Assembly (NCBI RefSeq): GCF_036321535.1
Contig: NC_087436.1
Location: 33,420,001 to 33,484,000, forward strand
Source of the DNA: Camelus dromedarius
Lineage: Eukaryota
DNA: 64,000 bases
Reading direction: 5' to 3'
Shown: positions 38,700 to 50,604 of the stretch, one piece after another
How the letters are laid out: every line of letters begins with the position of its first letter
Numbering within the stretch: position 1 is the stretch's first letter
Program-made: the position numbers and the translations under genes
The notes under the pieces: model-generated
Seen by the model: only the letters and a program-made list of their open reading frames with translations
What the model was told of the DNA's origin: nothing
Database searches by the model: none

Positions 38700-40250
38700 T
38701 GCTGCCGTTGTAATATTTAGTCATTTTGTATCAAGTGTCCATTACTCTACAATACCAGATCATATTTCAAGAAGGAAGTGCTTCTTCTTGATGAATAAAA
38801 GGATTGAAAGCATCTTCTGTCTTTACAATATGAATATCAGCAGAGGGAAATGAGCTAAGGAGAGGAGTTGATAATGTCAATAAGAAGAGAGCCGTAAATT
38901 CAAGAAAAGATGCAAAATCCCCTAACGTGAAACTATTGCTAAAACTTCAGATCTCACTGTCCCACCTTCTGACCACAGCAGTCCATTTCTCTTGCTCTAA
39001 TTCCATCTCTTCTCTGACGTCATCATCAATCTGTGTCTTCTTTCTCTTTCCTTTGGTGGTTTCTCTGTCTGGGCTATGCCACGTGTTCCTCCGTTATCTC
39101 CTGCCAATACCTGCAAGTTCCTCTCCTTACGACTCCCATGAGCAGTACTTCTTCCACACGTAATGGTGAAATTCCAACCCAGAATCCTATACTCATAACG
39201 CAGAGAATCCCAAGGCCTAAGGTTCTGTCCCAGGATAAACTCATCATTCCATCTGTCCCATATGATAAACTCGTTCAGTTTTCAGTTGGATTTTCAAAAA
39301 AATGCATAAACTACTTTCTGTTGCCTCTCTCAAATCCCTCTCTCATTTCTCAGATACAGTTAAATCTTTATCAATTTTCTTAAGCCCTTTTCTCCCAAGA
39401 ATATTGAAGATGACAAACTAGTAAGTCAAAATACTAAGGAGCCTGAGGCAAGGTGTTGAGAGCTTAAAAGCAAGACCAGCCCTCTCTGCAAGATAAGAGA
39501 TGTCCAAGTCTTTATTTATTTGACTATCGGCCTTTCAGCTGTCAATGGGCCCAACAGTGAAATGGGGTAAAGGGGAGAAATAGTGATAATCACTTTAAAA
39601 GAGGAAGTGTTACCTTTATTCTGTCCTCTACCAGTTCCTCTTCTGTCAGATACCCACCCCTGAGAAGATATAATTTTGCAGTGTTTTTGGAGTCGAGGGA
39701 GCATCGAGTGTTAAAAAGCCAAAGCACATAGATTTTTCTTCTCTTTCTGTCTAATTCACTTACGGCAGAATTTGTAAAAAGGCCAAACTTTCCTTCCATA
39801 TCTTGTACTTTTCTTTCTTTCTTTCTTTGGGGGGTGGGGTGGCCAATATGTAGTAAAATTGTAAACTACCTTTATTTTATTTTATTTTTTTTTTACAAAG
39901 GTAAATGACGTTTAGCTGAAAAAGACAGAGTAGTTTTCAGGCTGTAGACTTTGCTCTGGTTAGATTTTATTTTGTTTTGTTTCACAAATAGAGTTGCTTC
40001 ATAAAACCAAATCTGTTTTGCAGAGTTCTCTTCATCAAAATTTTTGATATTTTGGTTTCCATCTACCATTGATTCTCATACCTATGTCATATATTGGGAA
40101 ATGTGAGTAAAATTAAGGGTTTGGGGCTAAATTTAGACATTTCTGGGCTTCCTAAAACAAACAAACAAAAAAACCAAAGTTATCTGAATATCACTTGATA
40201 CCATCCCAGGAACATCTAAAAAATCTACTTTTGTATGTTCACTAACCAGG
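38700..40250 (+). mobile_element. Probable decayed ERV1 internal sequence
   Basis: Pyrimidine/proline-rich gag-like stretch (about 38950-39230) and MER-int-like motifs (39700-40250) lying directly upstream of a MER34-type LTR. Boundaries are uncertain. Confidence 0.35.
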
Positions 40251-40291
40251 TGGAGAAGTTTCAAACAATGATGCTAATAATAATAAGCAAC

Positions 40292-40875
40292 AACAGGCAC
40301 TGGTCAGGGTGACCTTGCAGTTTCCCTCAGCTGGACTGCGCCTTAAGCAAAATTCTCCCTAACTCCAGGCTTAGAAAACTTGTAATTTTAAATTATTTCT
40401 CTATCCCTTTGAGATGTAAATCTTTTTAAAAGCCTCTTGCCAGTTTTACAACCCAGGAATATCTCACTCAAGGACCAAGGAGACATCCCATTCAAATGTA
40501 ATCACAGAGGAAGACAGAATTCCTATATCTCAGTCTGTGAGAGAAGCCTCCTATCTCAGTTTCTGTGTGAGCATAGGAGCCTAACTTCAGTGGATGCCAG
40601 TTAGCAAACAAAGATGATTGAGTCACAGTAGGAAAAAAGTTGCAAACTCAGGAAGAAGTCTGCAACTCACCATGCTCGACACACGGACCAATCTCTCACC
40701 TCAAGTCCTCCAATACTATTTGACTAGCTCATCTGGGCTCTTAAAAAACTTGTCACCTTGTATTTCAGCAGAGTTGGGTTCAGACTAAGTTCTGGACCTT
40801 CCTCCTATTGCAATAGCCTTGAATAAATTATCTCTTACCTGTTTAACTCTGTCCAGTACAGTTTTTGCTTTGACA
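40292..40875 (+). mobile_element. ERV1 LTR, MER34/MER39 family
   Basis: CCCTTTGAGATGTAAATC, GCCTCTTGCCAGTTTTACAACCCAGGAAT, GGAGCCTAACTTC, CCTATTGCAATAGCCTTGAATAAA...TTTGCTTTGACA terminus. Confidence 0.85.
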
Positions 40876-40899
40876 ATACTTTCATAAAACTCACAACTT

Positions 40900-41092
40900 G
40901 CCAAGGCTGTGAAAACCAGAACTTCATACAGTAGGCACTCTTTTTGCCTTTACTTTTTTATAGAAGAGAAACTGAAGCCCAGAGTGATTAAGCCAGTTTG
41001 CTCAAGGTCATTCCTACCAGGACAGGGCAGAGCTGAGGTCGAATCCAGATTGTAACTGCACCATCTATGCTCTTAACCCAGTACAATACTGT
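40900..41092 (-). mobile_element. MIR SINE
   Basis: TTTTATAGAAGAGAAACTGAAGCCCAGAGTGATTAAGCCAGTTTGCTCAAGGTCA...GCTCTTAACCCAGTACAATACTG. Confidence 0.8.
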
Positions 41093-42794
41093 CAGTTAAG
41101 GTCTGGGTTCATAAGTATTGATGTGAAATAAAGAAAAGAAAGACAGCAAAGGCAGGTATCAAGAAACTTGTGTGAAGTGTTGGAAAACAAAATCCTTGAA
41201 GGTATTTCTGAATGAAAGGTCTAGTTCTACTGGGAAAGAATAGCTATCCACGTGGCTTGAAAACAAGATTTTATTTAAATTTGAGCAGTGGACACAGCTT
41301 GTTAGGGCAGTCTCAGGGAGCTTTGACACAGATCAGGAGTGTCTCCCGTCTTGTCTGTGCTCTCATCAATTGAATTTTCCAAAGCAGTGAGGTAAATAGT
41401 CAGAACTTGAAGATGAGATTCTCTTAAACCAAATTAATTTAATAATATAAACATTCTACCTTTTGACTGCCTAGTTGTTCTGTGATACCTTGAAATTCCT
41501 CTGAACTAATGAAATATTTTAATGTTAAATTGTGCTTGCTATTCTGTGATGGATGGCGTGTGTCTATTTTGGAGAAAGAGTTCTTCAAAGAAGGGACGAG
41601 AGATTGGTAAACCCCAGGTGGCTGGCCTTCCACAAAGAGGATCTTTGTTTTTCTTACATTAGCAATAGAACGTTACTAAGGAGACTTTTGTTTGAGGGTA
41701 TTTTGAGCAGTATTCCTTTTCTTCTGATGTCCAGTTTTGTTTTGCTAGCCAGTCTGGCCTGACTCACACATGAGCTGCATGGGTCAGTGCTTCTCTGAAG
41801 AGAAGGCCAAAGACTTCCTTGGTGGTCTCTGGCAGATCTTTGCTGTGTGGCATGCTGGCCTGTAGCGTGGTCTATAAACCTAGCCATATCTGCTAAATAG
41901 AGTTTAAGTAAACCTTCTTTTCAGGTAATGAACTCTGTTCCTTACTATGAACTCTGAATCCTGCTGAGCTGATTAATACCAGTAAACACTTACTGGATTG
42001 TGACAAAAATCATTTTTTATTACCAGTTGCATTCTTTTCCCATTTTTCTACTTGTAGTCATTTTTGCAATACCTTAGAACTGTGATCAGGGTTCTGGAGG
42101 TCACAGACCTCTGTTTGGAGTGCTGCCTTTTACATTCTGAGCTGGAGCAGAATGACATTAGAATGAGAGTCTTTGGTAGTAAGTATCCTAACCAATGAAC
42201 ATAACAGGAACAGGAGATTCCTAGGTCTCTGCTTCTTAATTAATACCTACTGGTGACTCAGACTTTAATCAGCTTATCTTTAATAGCAATGCATAAATAT
42301 ATGTCAAAGTAAAATATAAAACCAAAAATGAAAAAGAAATTCTCTGATTTTAGTAGCACCGGTATACATTGGTCCCTTTTCTGCTCTTAGCTTCCCTCAT
42401 GAACCAGCTTAGTTCATGCTGAACACCATTTCAGTAGTAATATACACCTTTGCCTGCCTGTCATGTTTTATGTCATATCTCCCGACACAACCCTAACCCT
42501 ACATGGTCCCAAGCATGCATTTTCTCTGTACCTTCATCAGGAGAGGAACGCATCAGCAGAGACAAGTTCTGTCATAAATGGACGACCACACTCACTTGAT
42601 ACACTGTTCGCTAGTTTTACTGTCTTTCTCAAGTACAGTCAACTCATTCTCTGAAAGATCATGTGTTCACATTCTAATCACTTTGGCAGTAACTACCTTT
42701 GCTCTCCTCCCTCCAGTTGTTTGATGACCATTTCTAATGAACAGAATAAAAGAGCCAGGTGCTGGGAGCTCCTCATTTCTTAGCACCAGCATCG

Positions 42795-42937
42795 CCTCAT
42801 TACTCCAGATGTGTGTTGCCTACCAGCAGCATGGGCATCACCTGGAAATGTGTTAGAAATGTAGACCTACCAAATCTAAATCTGCAGTTAACAAGTTCCC
42901 TGGTGGTTTGGGGCATATTAACAGTAGAGTAGCGCTG
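42795..42937. mobile_element. MER5A (hAT-Charlie MITE)
   Basis: ACCAGCAGCATGGGCATCACCTGGAAATGTGTTAGAAATGTAGA...AAATCTGCAGTTAACAAGTTCCCTGGTGGTT. Confidence 0.8.
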
Positions 42938-43064
42938 AAATGAAGAAGACACAAGTTGATGCTCTCTCTCCTTTGAAAAGCAGGAGAAAGTATAGAAAAT
43001 ATATTTCTTTTGCCTATAGAAAGTATATTTCTTTTCTTTCTCCTCCTAATTCCTCAGAAATTTA

Positions 43065-43412
43065 CACTGATATTATCCCTTCTCTTGCCAGTATATTTAG
43101 TTTCTCTCTCTCAACTATAATTCCCTGCATTCACTTTTTAAGTCTCAAATTTCTCCATTAAACACTTGCATTTATCCAATTGAAATAGAATTAACAGACC
43201 AGTTATGGCTGTAGTTTCTTCTTGTCTTTGGAGCCAGCTTCTCAAATGAGATGTTCGTAATTAGTGTGTCCGTTTCTTCATCTAACAGTTTCTTTTAAAC
43301 CCACTGCAAAATGGCCTCTGGGCTGTCACTCCACTAAATACTGTCCTTGGTAAATTTCCCTCTCCTTACTTTCTCTCCTCTCCTTACTTTCTCAGCAACA
43401 TTTGACGCTGGG
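43065..43412 (+). mobile_element. L2 ORF2 fragment
   Basis: AAACCCACTGCAAAATGGCCTCTG...CACTCCACTAAATACTGTCCTTGGTAAA...CTCAGCAACATTTGACGCTG. Confidence 0.6.
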
Positions 43413-44529
43413 GGAATCACATGTGAATGAATGAAGGAAGGAAGGACAGTATAAATACTGACCTCTCAGGACTCTTACCTTTTATTTTTGTTCCCCCAAG
43501 TTTAATCTTTCTAGTCATTTCACATTACACTTCTGATTTCTAAGGAAAATAAGCAGATATATTAAAGCACAAGCAAAAACTGCTTCAGTTTTCATAACTG
43601 CTCCATGTCTAGCACCTAGCCTAACACTAGGCACTCAGATTTTATCCAGAGAATGAATATATACTTTAGGTTCCATGTTCTTCCCCCAGTCTTCTACTAA
43701 GAGTTCTATTTTCTTCTTTATTTTAGTTCAAGTAGTAGTTACCCTTTACTGAAATAAAACATCCAGCCTTTCCTTTCTCCCCTCCCACTGCTTTAGGATA
43801 AACATGTGCCTATATCAAGGCATAGTCTTATATGATGAATAAACAGGATGGAGATAAAGAGCTTTTCTACTTTTTTATCCTTCGGATTTTATGCACTGTT
43901 TAACCCTGAAATCTATTCAAGCTTATGAGGGAGAAATTGGGTGTTTTTTAAACCACTTTTTTAATTTGAATATCGATTAGAAGTGCCTATATGAATTAAT
44001 GGAAAGGAAAAAAATTTCCTAAGCTTCTGCTTTATTGTAGAATTCAGAAGTTTGAAAGCTTAACCCAGCTTTATTCTCAGAGACTACTGAGTCTAACTGG
44101 GAGGTACTGGGAGGTCTTCTAGATCAATTTAAGTCTTCCAAGTACCTGTGTCTGTGCCCTGTTTTCTGCCAGTGTATACATTTATTCAGTTTATGATTGT
44201 TCTACCGGTTATTGCAAAAAAACACATAGGAAAAAGTAATATACACTCATTACAATTGTATTTTCTCAGGGTTCAATCAATACCATACAGGAAAAATAAA
44301 AAGATACCACACTTAAAGTAATTTGGGGAATGTTTATATATTATATTAGTCTAATCCCATTTTAGTAAATTTGCAATTTACGTTATTTTATAATCTTTAC
44401 TTTAAAAGGTCCCCACATTTTTATCTCAAATCTAATATTTTAAGAAATAATTTTGAGGAAGCACTGCTAAAATGGAGACCCAAAGCAACTACTAAAAATA
44501 GTTGTAAGGCTAAAGCTTCAGTTGCCTTA

Positions 44530-44730
44530 ATGATAATAATAGTTGTTGGTTTTGGAACACTTACCCTCTCAGGCATTATTTATAACCATTTTTGGTATTG
44601 TATATATATCTTTCATAGATAAGGACACTGAAGTTCAGACAGATTAAATGATATCCTGCCTGAGATCTTATACTTAGTCATTACTGAGAGAACTACAAAC
44701 CAGGATGATCTAAAGTTTGCTTTTTTCATT
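44530..44730 (-). mobile_element. MIR SINE
   Basis: TTTCATAGATAAGGACACTGAAGTTCAGACAGATTAAATGAT. Confidence 0.6.
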
Positions 44731-45494
44731 TCTTCCCTTCTGTTGTCAAGTTAACCGTTAGAGTAGAAACACCATCTGCCTTTCGGGAAGTTTCACCCTG
44801 TTTTCATCCAGCCTTGAGCTTTGGATAGGAACTTCTGCTTAAATTGATGTAATCCCCGTATACTTATTTACTTGGCTTTTCTAAAGAAATAGCAATAACG
44901 TGACGGCTTATTTGAGTGTCCTTACAGATGTACCTTCCAAGACTGTAAGAAAAACCCTGTAATTTTCTCAAGATTCAAAATTATTTTCCATTGACCCTGG
45001 TCAAAATCTGACCCTGTTAAGAGAGAAATTTCCCGTATAAGGCATGAACCAGCATCATGATAAACCTTTCCAACTTCTATCATTTCCTTCCTCCTCCATA
45101 ACTTCTACCACTGGGGGGGGAGAAAACCAAAAAAGAAAAAAAAAAAAAAACAAAAAACACAATCCCCTGATCACTCCTACAGTCTTTCTGATGTGAACGG
45201 ACTTTAGAGTTCCCGAGCGAAAATGTACCACTTCTTAGTTAAAAAACTGTTGAAGGTGCCTCCTTACAGTTTTAGCAGTGTGATGAGAGATTTGTCTCAA
45301 CATGGTATTTACACATAATTAGAGGAAATTAAATTCTACTGGTAGTCTTTCTATTTTTTGGTAAAATTTTTTTTAATACTATAAAACGGCCTTTCAGAAA
45401 TGCTCTGAAATTTATTCTTAATGAAGCATAAATTATTGACAATATTTGGATATGTTTTTAAATGTCACCCTTAGATAATTTTTGAGCCCTTTGC

Positions 45495-45690
45495 ATCCTG
45501 TTTCAATCACTTAATTGGTTGAACTTGGGGAAGTTACTTATTCTTCTAAGATTGCATTTCTTCTTTAGTAAAAAGGGACTATTCATAGTTCTTACAGTTG
45601 AGGGTTTTTCTGGAAATAAATAAATTTATGTTCATAATTTTCTTAGCACAAAGCCTGGTACACAGTATATGCACCTTAAATATTAGGAAT
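45495..45690 (+). mobile_element. MIR SINE
   Basis: GAACTTGGGGAAGTTACTTATTCTTCT...CTTAGCACAAAGCCTGGTACACAGTA. Confidence 0.7.
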
Positions 45691-47849
45691 TTGGTATATC
45701 ATCTTTTGTTCCCAACATAAGGGCTAAAAATAGATAATTAGCTTGTTTCAGCCTTAAAATTTAATTTACTAATTTAAGATACTATTTTTGTCTTTTCTGA
45801 TGTTGTTGCACATTAGAGAATAGCCTTGTATTTTATTATTGTTTTAACATTTTTTAGAAGAGTAGAATCCACCATCACTCTTGCCATATTCTTTGGAGGA
45901 GCTTTTTCTTGCTCTAATAGTATTCCACCTACCCTCTGCACCATAGAATACATGACACAGCCTTAGTTCAAGCAGAAGATGGAAACTTCATCTGAAGTGT
46001 TTTTTCAGTCATATATCTGACATTCTTTGTGCTGTATTTCACTCTTCTTTTAATCTAATATGAAAATCCCCATAAACCGGGATGTTAGTTCCCTTTTGAC
46101 ATTCTTCAGGATGTCCTGATACCAGTGACCTGATCCTTCAGAACTCCAGCTGAATAAGAGAGATGTTTTGAAGGTTGAAATCCTACTTTGAACCTAAGCA
46201 CCACGGTATTAGCGTTATGGTGTTTGTGCTTTGAATTAGAGGTACTAATGCTGGTGTTACTAGGGTTTTGTTTGCATAGTAACTATAAGCTGCTAGTACT
46301 CTGAGCTTCTCTTTGGAAGTTTGATTTGATAAAAAATCATAAAATTTGGCTACAAGAAGTGGGAAACATTTAAGATGAGGCAAGAATTTTAGTTTTAAAA
46401 TGAGAATATCAGTTTTCTTCTATTCATTTTATTCCTCTATTGTCCCTGAATAGCCACAGTATTTGTAAACAACAAAAATCATATGGAGATTAGCACTATG
46501 CTGTGGGAGAATTAGAAAGCTGTACTAACTGTGCTGAATTCCACTTTAGCTCAAGCAAATCCCAAAATTCCGTATCTGTATACTAAATGGCTCTGCATTC
46601 CTAATAGCACTTGTTACTCATTCATAAAACTTATATATAAATTCTATATTTAATTATATATATATAAAGTTGACAGTGCACATACTTAGCTATTTTTTGA
46701 CACGTAGCCCAGCAGATAACATGCCTTTAACTAGCTTTTGGCTACTTCTGCTACATTCCCCCAACTAGTGCAATCAAGGAGAATTACCATACCATTTACT
46801 TGTGTTTATGCCGCATGAGAAAGCCTTGGACATAAGCTGTGCAATTCATTCTGATTGCTACCAAGTAATTGTTTGCAGACCTGTAAATCAAAACTGTGGC
46901 TGATTTTCAGCAGTTTGATTGCCATGTTTTAGAAATTTGGCTAATTAAAACTTTATGAGTGGACAATTATGAGGAAAGTTCTTGTATTTGAGAATTAAAT
47001 TAAAACACTGGCTAGAGAAGAACACAGATTTTTACCATAGTGCTTATATATTTTTAAATACAATTTTTTTTTTAATTTGGAAGAGGGGGTAAGGTTATGA
47101 ATATGTTTAAATGATAATTTTATTTGACATCTAACTGTTCTTAAAGTCTCATTTGGCCTTGCATTCTATAAACAAACCTCCTTTTTTCTCTCAATTATGC
47201 TATGATACGCCATGCTGCACTTTCCTTCACAGATTCTCTAAATTTAACTGAAATGAACATGGGAACAGAGGGCACAAAATTTTCAGTAGGATTTCTGCAG
47301 CTATAAACTCTTAAAAGTTTAGAGTAAAGGATTTTTTTCCCCCAGTGTTCGCTAACAAAAAGGAAAAAATAAACATTTTAAGAGAAGAAAAGTGTCAGAA
47401 ACCTGGAGAAACTTTTTGGTTCTCTTAAGTTTTGTGTTTGACTAATATCACAGACAAAACTTAAGGCATTTGCTTGGAGGTTAACTAATGATTAGCCTAG
47501 TATTACTGCCAGCATGTTTATTTGAGAATGCTGGTTTGCATTTGGTTTCTATTTTCATTGACAAAACTGTTCCAAATAACAAGACGAGTCATGAAATAAA
47601 CAAAGCAGCAGGGCAGTATCTATAGCGTGCTTTACCCTGTGACCCCTACTCCCGCAGTTATTATTTTTGGAAACAGAGTAAGATGGTCTCACGCCCAGGT
47701 GGTGAGGAGCCTCTGGAAAAAGCTCCTCTGTGACATCCTTTTAACATACATCCGTGATGCGGCCTGCCTCTGCATACTCTCTTCTGGGGATGGTAACGTT
47801 TTTACATGTCAGTCATTTAAACAATTAAAGGCATTTGAGGTTAGATGTT

Positions 47850-48462
47850 GAAGTATAGAAAGCAAGGAGGACATATAAAGCACGTCTTGTTACTATCTTT
47901 TGATATCTGGGCTTTATGGATCCTGGAGAGATTGCTCCTTTCTGGTCCAGCACAGGACTGGACATGAGTACACGTTTATAGGCAAACTAACCAATCAGAG
48001 CCCACCACATTCTCCCTCTTCTACAGGACTTTAGCTCTCTGGGCCAATAATCCCCTGCCCCAGGGGCAGGCACCTGGCAGCTAAGGTCAGCTCCTCTGCC
48101 CTGGAGCCTGCTGAGATTATTCAAACCACTCAGTCCTAAAACTGCTTACCTTGCCTCACTCATTCCTTCCCTCCAAACTTAGAACACGTTTCCCCCTGGT
48201 TCCCACTGCCTCCTGACAAACATGGCACTTCTCCAAGGAACGAGAGAGGTGAGGATAAGGTGATTAATATACTCAAGTGATACTTTTTCCTTGTCTTTTA
48301 AATCTTCTTAAAGTCTCACTTGACCTTACCTTCTATAAGCAAATCTAAATGGCTTGCACGGCATGGTATGCCCGCTCCTCTTGGGAACTGTGAGTAACAA
48401 ACTATGTATCTTTTCAGTTGCCATCCTTTCGTGATACGATGACAGAAGGAAGAAAATCCCAA
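47850..48462 (+). mobile_element. ERVL LTR, MER74A-like
   Basis: GCAAACTAACCAATCAGAGCCCAC, GGAGCCTGCTGAGATTATTCAAAC, CTGCCTCCTGAC, CTCCTCTTGGGAACTGTGAGTAACAAACTA. Confidence 0.85.
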
Positions 48463-48464
48463 TA

Positions 48465-49310
48465 CAGTAGACCCCCCCTTATCCGTGGGGGATATGTTGC
48501 AAGACCCCCAGCGGATGCCTAAAGACATGGATAGTACTGAACCCTATATATGCTATGTTTCTTCCTATACAGATACATACCTATGACCAAGTTTAATTTA
48601 TAAATTAGGCATAATAAGAGATTAACAGCAATAACTTAGAACAGTTACAACATCATACTTTAATAAAATGCTTTAATAGGAGTTATGTGAATGTGATCTC
48701 TCTCCTTCAAACCATCTCTTTGTACAAAGTTAATGCCATTTCCATCTTAACTAAGCACCTACCACACGCTGTGGCCGTAACTCTTGCAGTCTGAGGCAAG
48801 ACAGCAAAACTAGCACAGGTTTCTTTTTCCTTCTTTACAATTTCATGAGTAGAAGATTTGGTTTACTGTAGACTATAGCAACTTCAACATACAGTTTGTT
48901 TTCCTTCCTTATCAAGTCAAGAACATTGATTTAATCTCTTAAAGGAAGCACTTCACGGCTTCACTTTGGCATATCCAAGTTGCCAGCATCACTACTTTTT
49001 GTTTATTGGGGCCATTATTAAGTAAAATGGGGTTCCTTGGACATTAGCACTGTGATATCATGACAGTCGACCTGATGACTGAGGTGACTACCATGTGATG
49101 AACAGGCTGGACACTCAGGGTAAAAGGGTGACGCATATCTCAGGACGGCAGTGCATGAGATTTCATCACACTGAGAATGGTGCACAAGGTACAACCTATG
49201 AATTGTTTATTTCTGGAATTTTCCATGTAATATTTTCAGACTGTGTTTGTCAGTTGACCATCAGGTAACTGAAACCTCAGAAAGTGAAACCATGGATGAG
49301 GGGAGTACTG
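48465..49310 (-). mobile_element. Tigger7/MER44-family non-autonomous DNA transposon
   Basis: TA|CAGTAGACCCCCCCTTATCCGTGG ... CCATGGATGAGGGGAGTACTG terminal inverted repeats. Internal GGTAACTGAAACCTCAGAAAGTGAAACC. Confidence 0.9.
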
Positions 49311-49754
49311 AACCTGAAAGTAATTCAGAGATTTTTAATCTATGAAATTCTCCATTTTAGGACACAAGATAAAGAAAAAGTATGTTACAGTGTCTGCTTT
49401 GCAACAGGTAGACTCAGTTGAAGTTTTGAATCCATGAGAAAAAATCTTTTCTGTTATTTCCATACGTTTAATGAAAATAGCACTTGATTTGTAGACCATA
49501 GTCCCAGGCTTAGCCCCAGAACAAATGCATAACCATGGATAAATCACCCTTGCTAAGCCTCCAGTCAGAGACCAGAGAGAGCAGAGTGGGTGACAAGAGG
49601 GAGCACTCTAACACTGATAAATGTGTTTGAAGAGTATAAAGTACTAAACCAACTAGAGATAGTTATATATTTGCTAGTATTCTAACTCTTTAAATTAGAC
49701 ATCGATGTTATCTTCCACATGAAATCCCTTATTGTGTGTTTATGTGTGTATGTA

Positions 49755-49975
49755 CAGTTGACTCTTGAACAACACAGGGGTAGGGGTGCCAACCACTGTG
49801 CAGTAGAAAATCTTCATAAAACTTTATAGTTGGTCCTTCTTATCTAAATGTCCACATCCATGGATTCAACCGACCTCTGATCATGTAATACTGTTAGTGT
49901 ATTTAGTTAAAAAAAAAAAATCCATGTGTAAGTGGACTTGTGCAGCTCAAACCTGTGTTGTTCAAGGGCCAACTG
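49755..49975. mobile_element. MER8 (Tigger2-derived MITE)
   Basis: TA|CAGTTGACTCTTGAACAACACAGG ... CCTGTGTTGTTCAAGGGCCAACTG TIRs, about 220 bp. Confidence 0.9.
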
Positions 49976-50604
49976 TCTATCTCTGTATATCCATATGTGT
50001 ATCTCTGTCTCTATCATGATTCTAACTATGAAAACATACAGCAAGTTGTGGGCAGAGGGTTTGTAAAATGAGATAATAGCCTTTACCAGGTTGTAAGAGT
50101 GGCCAGCGGCACGCTTGTGATGAATGGCCACTAACAGTAATAGTCTTTTAATTTAAAGCTATTTGACATAATTCTGTCACTTTCTATTTTTCTTCATTCT
50201 CTAGTTTCAAAATGGGGAGGAAACATTTCAGGTAAAAGGGGAGACTGGAGCAAGCAACAGAAGCACATGCCATAGGGCTTACTGCTCTCCTCGGCCGCAA
50301 CTAGGGTGCATGACGAGGAATTCTGAGGTGGCATTGGAGGTGGGCAGGAGAGGAGAAAAGTTCTAGAACAGAATATCACATCAAAGCCCAGTTGTGCAAA
50401 TAAGAGCATATCATGACCGTGCCTTCAAGTGATTATTCTGGAAAACAGAGAATAGCAAACTTGACTAAATCATCTTTGTTATATATCTAAAATAATTTGC
50501 AAAGACATTGAGTAAATCTCAAATTGGAGGTTGTGGAAGAGAAATTAGTCAAAGGCAGAACATGCTTTTTACGCTAACTTTCACACGGACGGAAACTACT
50601 CAGC

